Below are positions 33,901 to 40,798 of a DNA stretch of 64,000 bases, one piece after another. This stretch comes from an uncultured Clostridia bacterium (lineage in GTDB: Bacteria; Bacillota_I; Bacilli_A; RF39; UBA660): contig CAMVAF010000003.1 of NCBI GenBank assembly GCA_947165365.1, positions 1,678-65,677 of the forward strand, read 5' to 3'. A program made the translations under genes and the position numbers. The notes below the pieces were generated by a model. That model was not told the origin of the DNA. It worked only from the letters and a program-made list of their open reading frames with translations, and searched no databases. How positions within the stretch are numbered: position 1 is the first letter of the stretch; every line of letters starts with the position of its first letter.

Positions 33901-34329
33901 ACGATCACTAAATGGATTATCAATAAGTTCGATGGTCATTTCATTATTAACAACTGGATAATATTTATAATATACAAATTTATTTTGTTTTTCAGTTAAG
34001 GAAACATAACCACATAAAGTATCATCACAATTATTAACACTACTATCATATCCATGATAAATAATTGTTACACTGGATAAATTACTATCACTATATGAAA
34101 CAGTATTAGAATTAATATCGCCAACATAATTCATTCCTAAATAATAATTATAGTCACTCTCTAAATCATTAACATAAACAGTATCTCCTGTAATATGAGA
34201 ACCTGTATCAGTTACATCTTCAGAAAATGTCTTAAATAAATTTATTGATAAAAAAAGGATAATAGCAATAACGAAAAAAATTACTATTAAACGATTAAAT
34301 AAACTTTTATTTTTAATAATCTTTTTCAT
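24913..34329 (-). CDS. giant secreted/surface protein (3138 aa): SipW-cognate-like signal, ricin-B-like lectin modules, two beta-helix repeat regions, ~850-aa unassigned C-terminal region
   Basis: Single uninterrupted ORF behind the RBS AAGGAGGA. N-terminal LIVIFFVIAIILFLSINLFKTFSEDV. Five units follow the pattern WxIxxxNGxYTIxNxxxNxYL..(T/V)W(x)YD..FY. There are more than 25 YGG(G/S/N)N units. No LPXTG at the C-terminus. Confidence 0.85.
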   Translation of the reverse strand: MKKIIKNKSLFNRLIVIFFVIAIILFLSINLFKTFSEDVTDTGSHITGDTVYVNDLESDYNYYLGMNYVGDINSNTVSYSDSNLSSVTIIYHGYDSSVNNCDDTLCGYVSLTEKQNKFVYYKYYPVVNNEMTIELIDNPFSDRPTNKAFGGWESFDGVITKNNNTNVQTIKVVKSGNNQVVNIYANWIDAHVVYLKGSLGDDNFDGSIEDDAVASWGRAFSILESNSTNPDDRERNIIVLTGDIAMSPNYSQTVTHTYDITVNYNDKTNFDDTPHIIEYKNGNTRYALTDNNGVSYTTLSETVEPLDNTKWIIREENGSYTIQNYDTNRYLSYSVNGSNVTLNMSNTSTLWKYDNNLRKFYVPIDLSYYEYTYNDVNSITSGEEYLITSGSENNSLNNNLTNSNFNNRNFNNNALWTITNENGGYTIKNGNNYLSSVDSGNNGASLNFSNYLTTWNYDNTNHAFYRQTLINYITYSYNHANYINSGSNYYITNGDNNNLIALSVNGNNLTYFDMTDNEPTNTSSWLLSNYNGGYTIRNASNNRYLYCSNNGTLSTNANSRTWTYDSTNHYLYYQRNYNNRYYLRYNNGAWSTTTNANQGTELYFTTRVTNSSYQNTNVYLSFDNNNWGLVDTLGDNTTITLKTVESNYVNNIVNYYVRYNNRFEISDIDSNNQLNFATYTIDREIRTTNTGNIGTNNYNTNNNNLAVTITSLYNHIDYRNNASIDLTDDVNNGYDFVSAYNDLQMEYLSIKADGFNAISNDTTTTNYSGTYAALEGNYHNVRIGRGMNTTSLTNNSASIFSFAYGGSDSTSLGSSNNHNNEYRFVIETGRYSSVMGVRIANDGNYSNYNTVDYYGKMTFVLGNDYDRVSNVHNRLQIYYRAGSSNNYGIVGKTNSSNPAYLINVKSGNIGYDYFNNNPGDDNRAYSGLYVGGLTVNATNYTTDISPRVLVMEGGYISNIVGGLRLYENYQNTVPTKIYVKGGTISNIVGGAGVSTTYGNRYISVTGGSIEYSVSGGSNGVFATDSTGQQSGKLQGNSYVHIGGNASIGTNNSGELYGVRYGSVLGAGNGNSDVPNSGQVLKTNVYISGDAKIYGSVYGGGNYGNVTDDVHLDISGGTIYGSVYGGANKNGIGSVTIQEGMGETVSYVNHENITSGNGYLIVKENGSTMNALSLNNNSITNSVLGTTTSAPLRSFWTITSQDNGYTIKNVGNNMYLTHETGLNNPTLKLDTNPEVWQYDTSNKSFYKQASYFNDYTVSYNFSTSMITNEEILLTNSNSNTANSMAITNNNLSNITLSSNSIPSNNLWIIEEDNGEYAIKNVNTGLYLYMESSGWFNYNLTLGNNPTYWQSDGRNFYYGAFFRTYYLTYNNGWTTTTTASSGTNFYFGKYNVNYNEIEDTFYLGFNNNWVLTRTNTSVNSLTFKTQNVSTNFVQTATNRLNGDVTINMTGGEIKKTLYGGSCEKGNVAGDVTINILGGTINYDDNNHGSLFGGGYGEETSIAGNISVSIEDNNKVMIKGDSYGGSALGTVIGNIQFDIDDTSSTPTITIDGDTYCGSMGNKLDSTLGNIMGSCSLNIKEGDFTKNFYGGNNSGGGAYGNITVTTGGYNTDAKIGNVYGGGNEADSLSSNVTVYVKDKSNITNVFGGGNLATVSNTNVYLQGGTATNTFGGSNKSGADVTNIYLQNGNFTNIYGGSNELGEVLATNITLTGGRATTVYGGNNIGGKTINSNVLLNGSNVDTIYGGGNEAQTTTTIVNINNGTASNVYGGGNKALTDTTNVNLNGGTVTNTYGGGNEAGIITKTNVKLAGSTTTKIFGGSNTSGVVPISNVLVNSGTSSNIYGGNNVGGSTTESFVTMNGGTINTIYGGGLQASTGKTNVTINNSLTNVYGGGESADVTGSSNIQMNSGTISNIYGGSNTSGVVNNSNITIDGGTITTIYGGNNAGGSTTVSNLNINDGTINTIYGGGSRANHGTSNINFNTVSNNQVSAIYGGGMEASCTTSNVNLIKGKANYVYGGSNTSGVVTTANVNITGGTYTDIYGGNNAGGTTTNTFIDYQNATVSNIYGGGNNADVSGNTSVKLANGTISNNIFGGGNNAKVLGNTNVLINGTTINGSAYAGGNGASATVVKDTYILVEGNTNILNHVFGGGNAAYTGIVTNNNSKGSVNIIGGRIGGNVYGGANTSVLYGDTTVNIGYNAVLNNNANLDSSTLSKGDIYIGGTVFGGGEANASGSEDYDYSFISVTVGIIINIDGSSHDHFDISGSIFGSGNASSTTGYSRIYISNYGSLNDVKENISIQRADLVVLNNTNIELSGATDRTNEYSSVLFSVSRIDELDLVNNSTIYFQNGANLLKKFRSLKDNNTLASVVIDEDNGTVVKNVNNRIYMLEDKILNIATNQNITSYGEVDGMTFLGMYKKERTGEIVVAMYDTSYNYGDHADDNDIYYFSGGTYVLGLHEDNHNIEVDGFYSNFASTEEGEENTLEVKYIVPTPEDSSYYMWIIGTSVTSYEVDLVASKYSTLGTYELPLIDYTTANTYFSVVGFQYENLNSEVSLVSPNSIPRIASNSNDADNKLGLSIRPGTEGWITLGSTDFLTESANNISGTTTYYTENSSMAPSLLFYLYHSKNLATDGNLGYVTIKLLAITPINDLEKETTRIDIVVNLSRAIYQGDFYEAAMTPGRQYEFFSSSPTRITSKSSLSAYYALYVNSENSIYRNGYHHALVSDKLLPVNTKITMIDFASGTSPEYYYYITNAQDNVDIINKYNLYLTYSYDLSKFIKMGSSSTNNTYDEETLKNIYYNLENKMAVEEFIFIVDFCDAEIASNYLETSLLMEIRTSTEQTVYSVLGTQHDSMKYDLYYNSDGIIHVDAELNNNVIHIGNDTTLRVTTSFEQKKDNSNNNIIDTTYYDNKLGIKLTIFDENNNQVNGVDLMGVSFIYNGITHYPRSDGTVRINLAEKVANVYSAILIDTTDGNLSGGNYTLKVESFYSPDGIYYGIESSDECDVPFKIMEKNYGLDIDIDDKYLIIDHETGNNLDGNKDFNFNILYSSTLDNPNLRIALFRRTYNNIYDLSYNLVDIKDYLDGTLNTTSDNKVYKFFTNPGSNVSNNYTLKDNLKTGTYKLVIYLYDGDVNVGNIYQYFVIK
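27770..29470 (-). repeat. tandem ~24-codon beta-helix-type coding repeats (xNVxLxGGTxxNIYGG[GSN]Nxxxxx)
   Basis: I count about 23 consecutive units. YGGSNTSGVV recurs every fourth unit, followed by YGGNNxGGxT and YGGGxxA, which indicates a ~4-unit (~290-bp) super-repeat. Confidence 0.8.
30060..30750 (-). repeat. lectin block B of the giant protein (two ricin-B-like units plus YYLTYNNGWTTTTTASSGTNFYF and FYLGFNNNWVLT..LTFKTQN)
   Basis: WTITSQDNGYTIKNVGNNMYL..VWQYD; WIIEEDNGEYAIKNVNTGLYL..YWQSD. The segment order is the same as in block A. Confidence 0.6.
32400..33400 (-). repeat. lectin block A of the giant protein (three ricin-B-like units plus YYLRYNNGAWSTTTNANQGTELYF and VYLSFDNNNWGLV..ITLKTVE segments)
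   Basis: WIIREENGSYTIQNYDTNRYL..LWKYD; WTITNENGGYTIKNGNNYL..TWNYD; WLLSNYNGGYTIRNASNNRYL..TWTYD. The block is duplicated as block B. Confidence 0.6.
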
Positions 34330-34347
34330 TAGTTATCCTCCTTCTTT

Positions 34348-35346
34348 TTATGGATTTAAAGTAAATTGCAAATTATATCTGATATCACCAAAAGATGCAT
34401 TATTTTCACTATCAACATCTTGTCCTTCTAACCACATATATATTTTTACTTTAGTTATACCTCTTTTAATATCAAATAATTCTTGATTAGTATCATTATT
34501 TTTTTTCGTATAAACTTTAACATTTACAGGTTTAAAATAATTGGGATAATTTATACTATTAGCATTTCTAATATCAATATTTTGAGAAAGTAATATCGGA
34601 TTAATTAAACCATCATAAGGAATAATTTCTCCGTTTTCTTCAGTAGTTACAATATTAAATGTGGATAAGGCATTTGATACACCAGTTCTTGTATGAACAT
34701 CATAATTAGGTTCCCAAATATAGACATCATCATTTCTTCCACCATTTAAATTTTGCGCGACATTGATATTCGCATCTTGCGATACATTACCTTCCAATAC
34801 AAAAGCAACTCTTGCGGAATTTTCAATACCTAAACTTTCTTCACCTAAATAAGTTACAAATGAATCACTACTTAAAAATAATTTTCGATCAACACTAGTT
34901 CGAAAGAATACATCAAATGATATAAAACTTCCCAAACAATCTTCCCCACTACATCTTGTTTCTACTTGTCTTTTACTAGATAAAATGTATTCACCAGAAG
35001 CAACATTCTCTAAGTTACCATAAAACATATATAAATATCCATTATTATCCGTTATTCCCGCCGTTGACATTGGCATGACATTAGATGGAACTTGATTAGT
35101 ACTATTTCCATATGTTTTATAAGCTTCTACTATATCATTAACACTTAAAACACTTTTCCAATCCAAAGCATCAGTTGATATTTCAATACCACCATCTGTT
35201 TCAACATGAACATCAACAAATTCAATATCCGTAATTCTATTAGTAGAAAACCAAGCATAAGTTGATGTTGCTAAAAATATTCCAACAATAAAAAACCATA
35301 ATAGCAAAAACAAAAACTTTCTTCTTTTTTTCTTTTCTTCCTTCAT
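34348..35346 (-). CDS. exported TasA/camelysin-like protein, class 1
   Basis: The signal ends TSTYAWFSTN. It shares IEISTDALDWKS, NQVP, EPNYDVHTRTGV and IYMWLEGQDVDSENNAS with 19329..20555. The gap to the giant gene is 18 nt. Confidence 0.6.
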   Translation of the reverse strand: MKEEKKKRRKFLFLLLWFFIVGIFLATSTYAWFSTNRITDIEFVDVHVETDGGIEISTDALDWKSVLSVNDIVEAYKTYGNSTNQVPSNVMPMSTAGITDNNGYLYMFYGNLENVASGEYILSSKRQVETRCSGEDCLGSFISFDVFFRTSVDRKLFLSSDSFVTYLGEESLGIENSARVAFVLEGNVSQDANINVAQNLNGGRNDDVYIWEPNYDVHTRTGVSNALSTFNIVTTEENGEIIPYDGLINPILLSQNIDIRNANSINYPNYFKPVNVKVYTKKNNDTNQELFDIKRGITKVKIYMWLEGQDVDSENNASFGDIRYNLQFTLNP

Positions 35347-35354
35347 GATGTCAC

Positions 35355-36134
35355 CTATTCTTTCTCATCCGGAATAGTTCGAATATCGGCATTAACACTA
35401 TTTTTATTATTGTTAATATAAGTTCTTGTTTCTTCATCAAAATGTTCATCAGTGATATTCATGCCAATTTTTATTTCACCACCTAAAAGATTATCCACAC
35501 ATTCAGGATCATCCCCTTCAAGCCAAATAACTACAGTCATTTTATCTATTTCCCCAGGTTTTAATTTAGATCTATTTTCAAGAACGGGAACATCATTTTT
35601 ATAAAAAACTTTGGTGCCTTTTTCTGCTTCTCCAGTTAAAGGATTAGCTTTCGCATAAACCGTTTCAGTATCATTTAAAACAATCATAATTCTAATCGCT
35701 TCATCAACATTTTTAATAACATCTTGAATAACTACTTTATACCAATAATCTTGTATTTCAACACCTTGATTATCAATATAGAAAGTATAAGCAATATAAT
35801 TATCACCATTGTGTCCACCACCTGAAAAATCTTTAATATTTTTAGGTAACCAATCAATTGATATATTATCCATAAATTTAAGTTCATCAGCATATAACTT
35901 ACGAACATGTTTATGAACTTCTTTTTCTGTATAAATAGCAAGACCTGATTCAAGTCTAAAGTTAGGATCAAGTGTTACGGTAAAACTTCCTCCATTATAA
36001 GCTAAACTTAAAACGACAAATAAACTCATTAAGAAAATAATCGAAACTACTATGATAATACGATACTTTTTAGCTCTTTTCTTTCTATTTTTTATCTTAT
36101 CCGCTGTATAAACAACATATCCTTCTTTTGCCAT
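35355..36134 (-). CDS. membrane-anchored/exported protein distantly related to class 1
   Basis: TM IIIVVSIIFLMSLFVVLSL. The C-terminal VVIWLEGDDPECVDNLLGGEIKIGMNI matches the class-1 terminal motif. RBS GGAG. Confidence 0.5.
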   Translation of the reverse strand: MAKEGYVVYTADKIKNRKKRAKKYRIIIVVSIIFLMSLFVVLSLAYNGGSFTVTLDPNFRLESGLAIYTEKEVHKHVRKLYADELKFMDNISIDWLPKNIKDFSGGGHNGDNYIAYTFYIDNQGVEIQDYWYKVVIQDVIKNVDEAIRIMIVLNDTETVYAKANPLTGEAEKGTKVFYKNDVPVLENRSKLKPGEIDKMTVVIWLEGDDPECVDNLLGGEIKIGMNITDEHFDEETRTYINNNKNSVNADIRTIPDEKE

Positions 36135-36226
36135 AATCTACTCCATACTATAAACATTTTACCATATTAGCAAGGTATTTTCAAGAAAAATGACAAATTA
36201 TTCATATAAATCAAGAAGTTATCCCT

Positions 36227-36290
36227 TTTACAATTTATTTTACATATTTTTACATTTATATTTTACAATATTTTATCAATTATATTTACA
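36227..36290. promoter_or_regulatory. array of five TTTACA direct repeats in the divergent control region
   Basis: TTTACA begins at 36227, 36239, 36249, 36262 and 36285, between 35355..36134 (-) and 36331..36915 (+). Confidence 0.3.
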
Positions 36291-36330
36291 TCATTTTTTT
36301 AAAATGGTAAACTACAATTAGGAGGAAGTA

Positions 36331-36915
36331 ATGAGATATAATAAAAAAATAATCTTTTTAATATTTTGTGTATCTATTTTGCTATGTATTTTGACAATGC
36401 AAGAAACATATGCTAAATATTCAACCTCCAATAATGCTACATCAAATATGTCAATAGCAAGATGGCGTATTCTTGTAAATAATTTTGATGTAAGAAATGA
36501 TTTATCAACAGAAACAGTTATTCAACCAGTATTTAGTGGTAATAATAATATAAGCGATGGTTATATCGCTCCTACGGCTAATGGTTACTTTGATATTTTA
36601 ATTGATGCAACTGAAACTGACGTAACATTTGATTATCAAATATCACTTAATCAAAATGCCAGTAATGAAGTTGTTGATTTAGCTATCACTGGTTATTCTA
36701 TAGATAATGGTGAAGTAGTTAATTATAATAACAGTAATATAATTGGAACTATAAATAAGACTGATGCAAATAAAACAAAACAAATTAGAGTATTTGTTAC
36801 ATGGAATGATGGTGAAGGTTCCACAATGAATAATGAAGCTGATACCAATACAACTGGTGATAACGCTACTGCTAAAATGGATGTTAACTTACATTTCATT
36901 CAAAAAGCAAATTAA
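36331..36915 (+). CDS. exported TasA-like/CPF_0494-like protein (class 2), the only plus-strand gene of the locus
   Basis: RBS AGGAGGAAG. The signal ends QETYAKYSTSNN. IARWRILVNN and YIAPTANGYFDILID make it a paralog of 21976..22554. Confidence 0.6.
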   Translation: MRYNKKIIFLIFCVSILLCILTMQETYAKYSTSNNATSNMSIARWRILVNNFDVRNDLSTETVIQPVFSGNNNISDGYIAPTANGYFDILIDATETDVTFDYQISLNQNASNEVVDLAITGYSIDNGEVVNYNNSNIIGTINKTDANKTKQIRVFVTWNDGEGSTMNNEADTNTTGDNATAKMDVNLHFIQKAN

Positions 36916-36943
36916 AATAAGTTCAAAATGAACTTATTTTTTT
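36914..36943. terminator. bidirectional terminator between convergent genes
   Basis: 12-bp palindromic stem AAAATAAGTTCA/TGAACTTATTTT flanked by A- and T-runs. It abuts both stop codons. Confidence 0.7.
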
Positions 36944-37556
36944 AATTCGTTTGATCAATATGAATCGTTAAATTGATAGAAATACTTGGCATATCAGTAT
37001 GTGTATGATTATAAGTATAGGCATTTTCGCCCCACAAGGTATCAACGCTATCTTCATTTTCTTCAAAATTCCAGATAACTTCTACTGCAAAAATAGAAGA
37101 TGCAGAAGGAGCTATAATATCATGATTAACACCAATTTGTATTTTAAAAGGGAAATCATTTTCTAACATATTAATAATATCATCACTAGTTAATGTTTCA
37201 GAAACAGTATATGTCGTATCAAGAATTCTTACAGAATTAATTTCAAAACTAACTAAGGCATTGGTATCACCATTATTAGTCATAATAACTTCATCATGAT
37301 AATTATTCATTCCAGGATAAATATCATCAATATCAAATGTTAATGATTGCATAATACTTTGATCATCCTGGGTAAAAGTAATATTCCAAGCTCTCACTTT
37401 AGCCCCCATTTCAGTATCAACATGACTAGAAAAAACAAACCAAGCATATGTATTAAATGAAAGCAAAACAATAAGAATTAAGAGTGTTTTTAAACCTAAA
37501 GTTTTTTTAAGTTTTTTTAAGACAATTTTAATTTCTTTTTTTTTCACAAAAATCAA
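36942..37556 (-). CDS. exported TasA-like protein (class 3)
   Basis: The signal ends FNTYAWFVFSS. DIYPGMNNYHDEVIMTNNGDTNALVSF resembles the TasA LxPGDxxxxxFxxxNxGS strand. The start codon is ambiguous (TTG 37556 or GTG 37547). Confidence 0.55.
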   Translation of the reverse strand: MIFVKKKEIKIVLKKLKKTLGLKTLLILIVLLSFNTYAWFVFSSHVDTEMGAKVRAWNITFTQDDQSIMQSLTFDIDDIYPGMNNYHDEVIMTNNGDTNALVSFEINSVRILDTTYTVSETLTSDDIINMLENDFPFKIQIGVNHDIIAPSASSIFAVEVIWNFEENEDSVDTLWGENAYTYNHTHTDMPSISINLTIHIDQTN

Positions 37557-38128
37557 CTCTCACTTTTTTCTTTATCAATTTCATTCTTAACACTTATAAC
37601 TTCACAAAAAACAAAGATAATAAAGGGAACAAAAATAATAAAGAAGAAACCTACGGTATTGTTAATAATATGACTTATAAGACTTAATATTGTTAATTTA
37701 GTAACAAATTTACCAACTATTTGATTAGCAGTAATTTCTTTATCTTCTATTTGATTAGCATCACCTTTTGTTATAAAATACAAAACATTATCTCTTTTTT
37801 CTTTTTTAATAATTCTATGAGTTACTATTTTACCAGAAAAACTACCTTCATTTCCATTATAAACAACAATATCACCAGTATTTAAACTTTCTGGATCTAC
37901 TTTTTTAGATAAAATCATATCTTTAACTTTTAATGTTGGATCCATACTTCCAGTTACTACAGTATAAACACCATATCCTCCTAAATTAACATTATTAGAT
38001 GATACTTTTTGAACAACAATAACCAAAAGTAAACAAATTACAATCACCATTGCTATCGTTTTAAATACTTTAATTAATATTTTTAAAACTTTATTATTCT
38101 CTATCTTTTCTTTCAAATTCTTCATCAT
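37553..38128 (-). CDS. sipW: SipW/Sec11-type signal peptidase I (S26B)
   Basis: TM, then VVTGSMDPTLKVKDMIL (Ser), THRIIK (His), TKGDANQIED and a C-terminal TM. It overlaps the upstream gene by 35 nt. Confidence 0.8.
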   Translation of the reverse strand: MMKNLKEKIENNKVLKILIKVFKTIAMVIVICLLLVIVVQKVSSNNVNLGGYGVYTVVTGSMDPTLKVKDMILSKKVDPESLNTGDIVVYNGNEGSFSGKIVTHRIIKKEKRDNVLYFITKGDANQIEDKEITANQIVGKFVTKLTILSLISHIINNTVGFFFIIFVPFIIFVFCEVISVKNEIDKEKSES

Positions 38129-39257
38129 TATCCTCCAATTTTAAATCCATAATTTTATCCATATATTTATTTATAGCATTATGATATATTTCTTTAATCT
38201 TATTATCACTAGCCACATATTTATTTTTAATTACAACAAATTGTTTAGCAACAATTTCACTTAATTGTTCCTCTGATATCTTATTATCAATATCAATTAT
38301 TTTTTCAACAATATTACCAACTAATCTTTCTTTTAATTCTTCTTTAGATACAGATAAATCTTTAAATTTATTTTCATCTATAGAATTAAGTACTAAATAG
38401 TCAAGTAAAAAACTCTCATCATAATATTGTTTTAATTTACCATTATCATCATAATCTTTTTTTTCTTTATCCTCTTTATTTGTTTCATCAGAAAAATGCT
38501 CTTGTAAATAATTCCATAACTTTACCGCATATTGAAAATTAACATTTTTTAAAATAACATTGGTTTTTTTAATAGGTGATGTTACTAAAGTAATATGTAA
38601 TTTATGAATCATTTTATATACTTCGGAACTTTTAAGATCTCTTATTCGCATTTCTACTTTGTTAATTCTTTCTTCAATATTTAATCCATCTTCCATAATA
38701 TTACTATTAGTATCAATTAAACTATCAATCGAAAAATTAATATTAACATTTTCTCTTCCTACTTTCGAAAAAGCATTATATTCAACTTTTTTTTGACATT
38801 TATTTTTATTCGCTAAGACAATTTTTTGCTTTTTACGACTAATAAATAAAGACATATTTTCAATTAAACTATAGATAAAACGGTTTTCATATGTATTAAA
38901 ACTTTCCTCTTTATTGATATTTAATATTTTCGATGGTTTAACATCTCCTGTCTTCTTATCATAATCTTGAATTAAATTAGTGTTTCTTGATAAATGTTTA
39001 ATACTATCTACCGTTATTCTTCTTGCAAGTTCTATCTTAACAACATCTTCTTCATTAATTATAAAACGATTAGGATTTCTCAAAATATTATCTATATAAA
39101 CAATCGTATCTTCGATAATATCAAGCCACTCATAGTCAGCGTTTACTCTATCAATATCAAGACTTACATGAACTTTTGAATCAACATTATTAGAAAATTT
39201 ATTAATAATATTACTATCTGTACTATTATACAAATCAATGATATTTCCTTCCTGCAT
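38094..39257 (-). CDS. McrC/DUF2357-like partner protein without recognisable nuclease motif
   Basis: Immediately downstream of the McrB-like gene. The N-terminal half (..NPNRFIINEEDVVKIELARRITVDSIKHL.., ..FNTYENRFIYSLIENM..) resembles McrC/DUF2357 N-domains. No PD-(D/E)xK or DAKY-type motif is seen in the C-terminal half. RBS GGAGGGTG. Confidence 0.4.
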   Translation of the reverse strand: MQEGNIIDLYNSTDSNIINKFSNNVDSKVHVSLDIDRVNADYEWLDIIEDTIVYIDNILRNPNRFIINEEDVVKIELARRITVDSIKHLSRNTNLIQDYDKKTGDVKPSKILNINKEESFNTYENRFIYSLIENMSLFISRKKQKIVLANKNKCQKKVEYNAFSKVGRENVNINFSIDSLIDTNSNIMEDGLNIEERINKVEMRIRDLKSSEVYKMIHKLHITLVTSPIKKTNVILKNVNFQYAVKLWNYLQEHFSDETNKEDKEKKDYDDNGKLKQYYDESFLLDYLVLNSIDENKFKDLSVSKEELKERLVGNIVEKIIDIDNKISEEQLSEIVAKQFVVIKNKYVASDNKIKEIYHNAINKYMDKIMDLKLEDNDEEFERKDRE

Positions 39258-39275
39258 AATATCACACCCTCCATA

Positions 39276-40796
39276 TTATGATAATTTTTTAAGTCTTAAA
39301 ACGTATTCCTCACATTCTTTCATTTTACCTTTACCAAATGTTTTATCTAGAAATTCAACAAATCCATCTATCTCATCACGAATATAAGAAACATTTAACT
39401 GTTCAAATTTACGAAGAATCTTACGAGCGATAAAATAGTCAACGCCATTTATTTCTTCTCCACCACAAGCTACATATATTGGTACAAATTTTTTCATATG
39501 CATAACAATACGGTTACCAAAAGCAATACGGAAATGTTGGATAACATAATTGTCCATTTCTTCAATCTTATCAAGCATTTCTTTAGACATTGGATGATCC
39601 CTCATACCTTGTTGAAATAAAGAATCAAGATAAGAATAATTAATATCTTGTGCTTCCGTATCAATTGGTTCAAAAACTTCTCCCTTATCATTAATATCTA
39701 GTGGCATTGCACGGTCATATACTTTATCAGTAACCATGAATGTTGAATCATCATTATTAATGGTTCCAATATACCACATATTAGGTGGTATTTTTAGTTT
39801 TCCATCCATTAACTTTTTAGGATCATTTGGCCAAGAACTAGAAACAAGTTCAACAATCCACTCATCTTTATTAGGCATTTCAAGAATAGATAACATCTCC
39901 GCAAAATAATATTCTACACGAGAGATATTCATCTCATCCAGAATAACAGTATAAACATCATCTGTATATCCTGCAAGATACATTTCTTTTAAAACTTCGG
40001 TTTCATTAAATTTCTTAGTAAATTCATTAAAGTATCCAAATAATTCCGTTCGATCTCTCCATGATGGTTGAACAGAGGCTACACAAGAGTCATGCTTTAA
40101 AAATTTTCCCCAAGCATAAGCAAGAGATGTTTTACCAGTACCAGAAATACCTTGCAAAATAACAAGTTTTGTACTAGCTAAAGAAGATATAAATAATCTT
40201 ATCATCTCTGTTTTATAATAAAGTCTTAATTTCGAAGCCGCAAAATTACGGAATAATTCTACTAATTCTTCTAATGTAAAAGAATTATTATAATTTTGAA
40301 TTTTGTAATTGGCCATTAATTCATCAATATTATTAAGTTTTGCAAAACGTATTCCATCTGCATTTTGATTTTCATTATTTTCACTTGTTTCAACTTCTGA
40401 ATCTTCGCCAGGTTTAAGTCCAAGTTGTGATACTTTCATCGCTAGAATATCTTGTTTTTCTTTCATTAATACTTGAACATCTTTATTTAAAGTTGCAATC
40501 TCTTCAAGCATTGATTCTTGTTCAACCAAAGTTTTTCTAAAACGAATATATTTACGTATCAAATAAAATATTAAAAATCCTATGGAACCAAGTAATATTA
40601 AAAGAATTAATACCGCAATAACAACAAATATCCATTCAGCACCATTAAAATCATCACGATAAAAAGACACAATTTGAGCATAATCAACAACATTAAAAAT
40701 CTCAATAATACCAGTATATAGACCTTTAATAATTGTTAAAAAGCCACCAAAAAACTGTCTTAAAAATTCAAATAAAAACCGAAAAAAAGTCTGCAT
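39276..40796 (-). CDS. membrane-anchored McrB-family (AAA_5) NTPase with coiled-coil linker
   Basis: N-terminal hydrophobic segments (FFRFLFEFLRQFFGGFLTII.., WIFVVIAVLILLILLGSIGFLIFYLI), then the heptad-like TLVEQESMLEEIATLNKDVQVLMKEKQD. Walker A LQGISGTGKTS, then VQPSWRDRTELFGY. The McrB hallmark VILDEMNISRVEYYFAEMLSILE is present, as are WYIGTINNDDSTF and DKVYDRAM. Confidence 0.7.
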   Translation of the reverse strand: MQTFFRFLFEFLRQFFGGFLTIIKGLYTGIIEIFNVVDYAQIVSFYRDDFNGAEWIFVVIAVLILLILLGSIGFLIFYLIRKYIRFRKTLVEQESMLEEIATLNKDVQVLMKEKQDILAMKVSQLGLKPGEDSEVETSENNENQNADGIRFAKLNNIDELMANYKIQNYNNSFTLEELVELFRNFAASKLRLYYKTEMIRLFISSLASTKLVILQGISGTGKTSLAYAWGKFLKHDSCVASVQPSWRDRTELFGYFNEFTKKFNETEVLKEMYLAGYTDDVYTVILDEMNISRVEYYFAEMLSILEMPNKDEWIVELVSSSWPNDPKKLMDGKLKIPPNMWYIGTINNDDSTFMVTDKVYDRAMPLDINDKGEVFEPIDTEAQDINYSYLDSLFQQGMRDHPMSKEMLDKIEEMDNYVIQHFRIAFGNRIVMHMKKFVPIYVACGGEEINGVDYFIARKILRKFEQLNVSYIRDEIDGFVEFLDKTFGKGKMKECEEYVLRLKKLS

Positions 40797-40798
40797 AA

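Noticed and set aside
38094-40796. Annotating the pair as a classical McrBC restriction system
   Set aside because: The McrB-like protein has TM segments in place of a DNA-binding N-domain. I see no PD-(D/E)xK nuclease motif in the partner. The genes are operonic with signal peptidases. I kept this as a McrB-family NTPase of unknown role.
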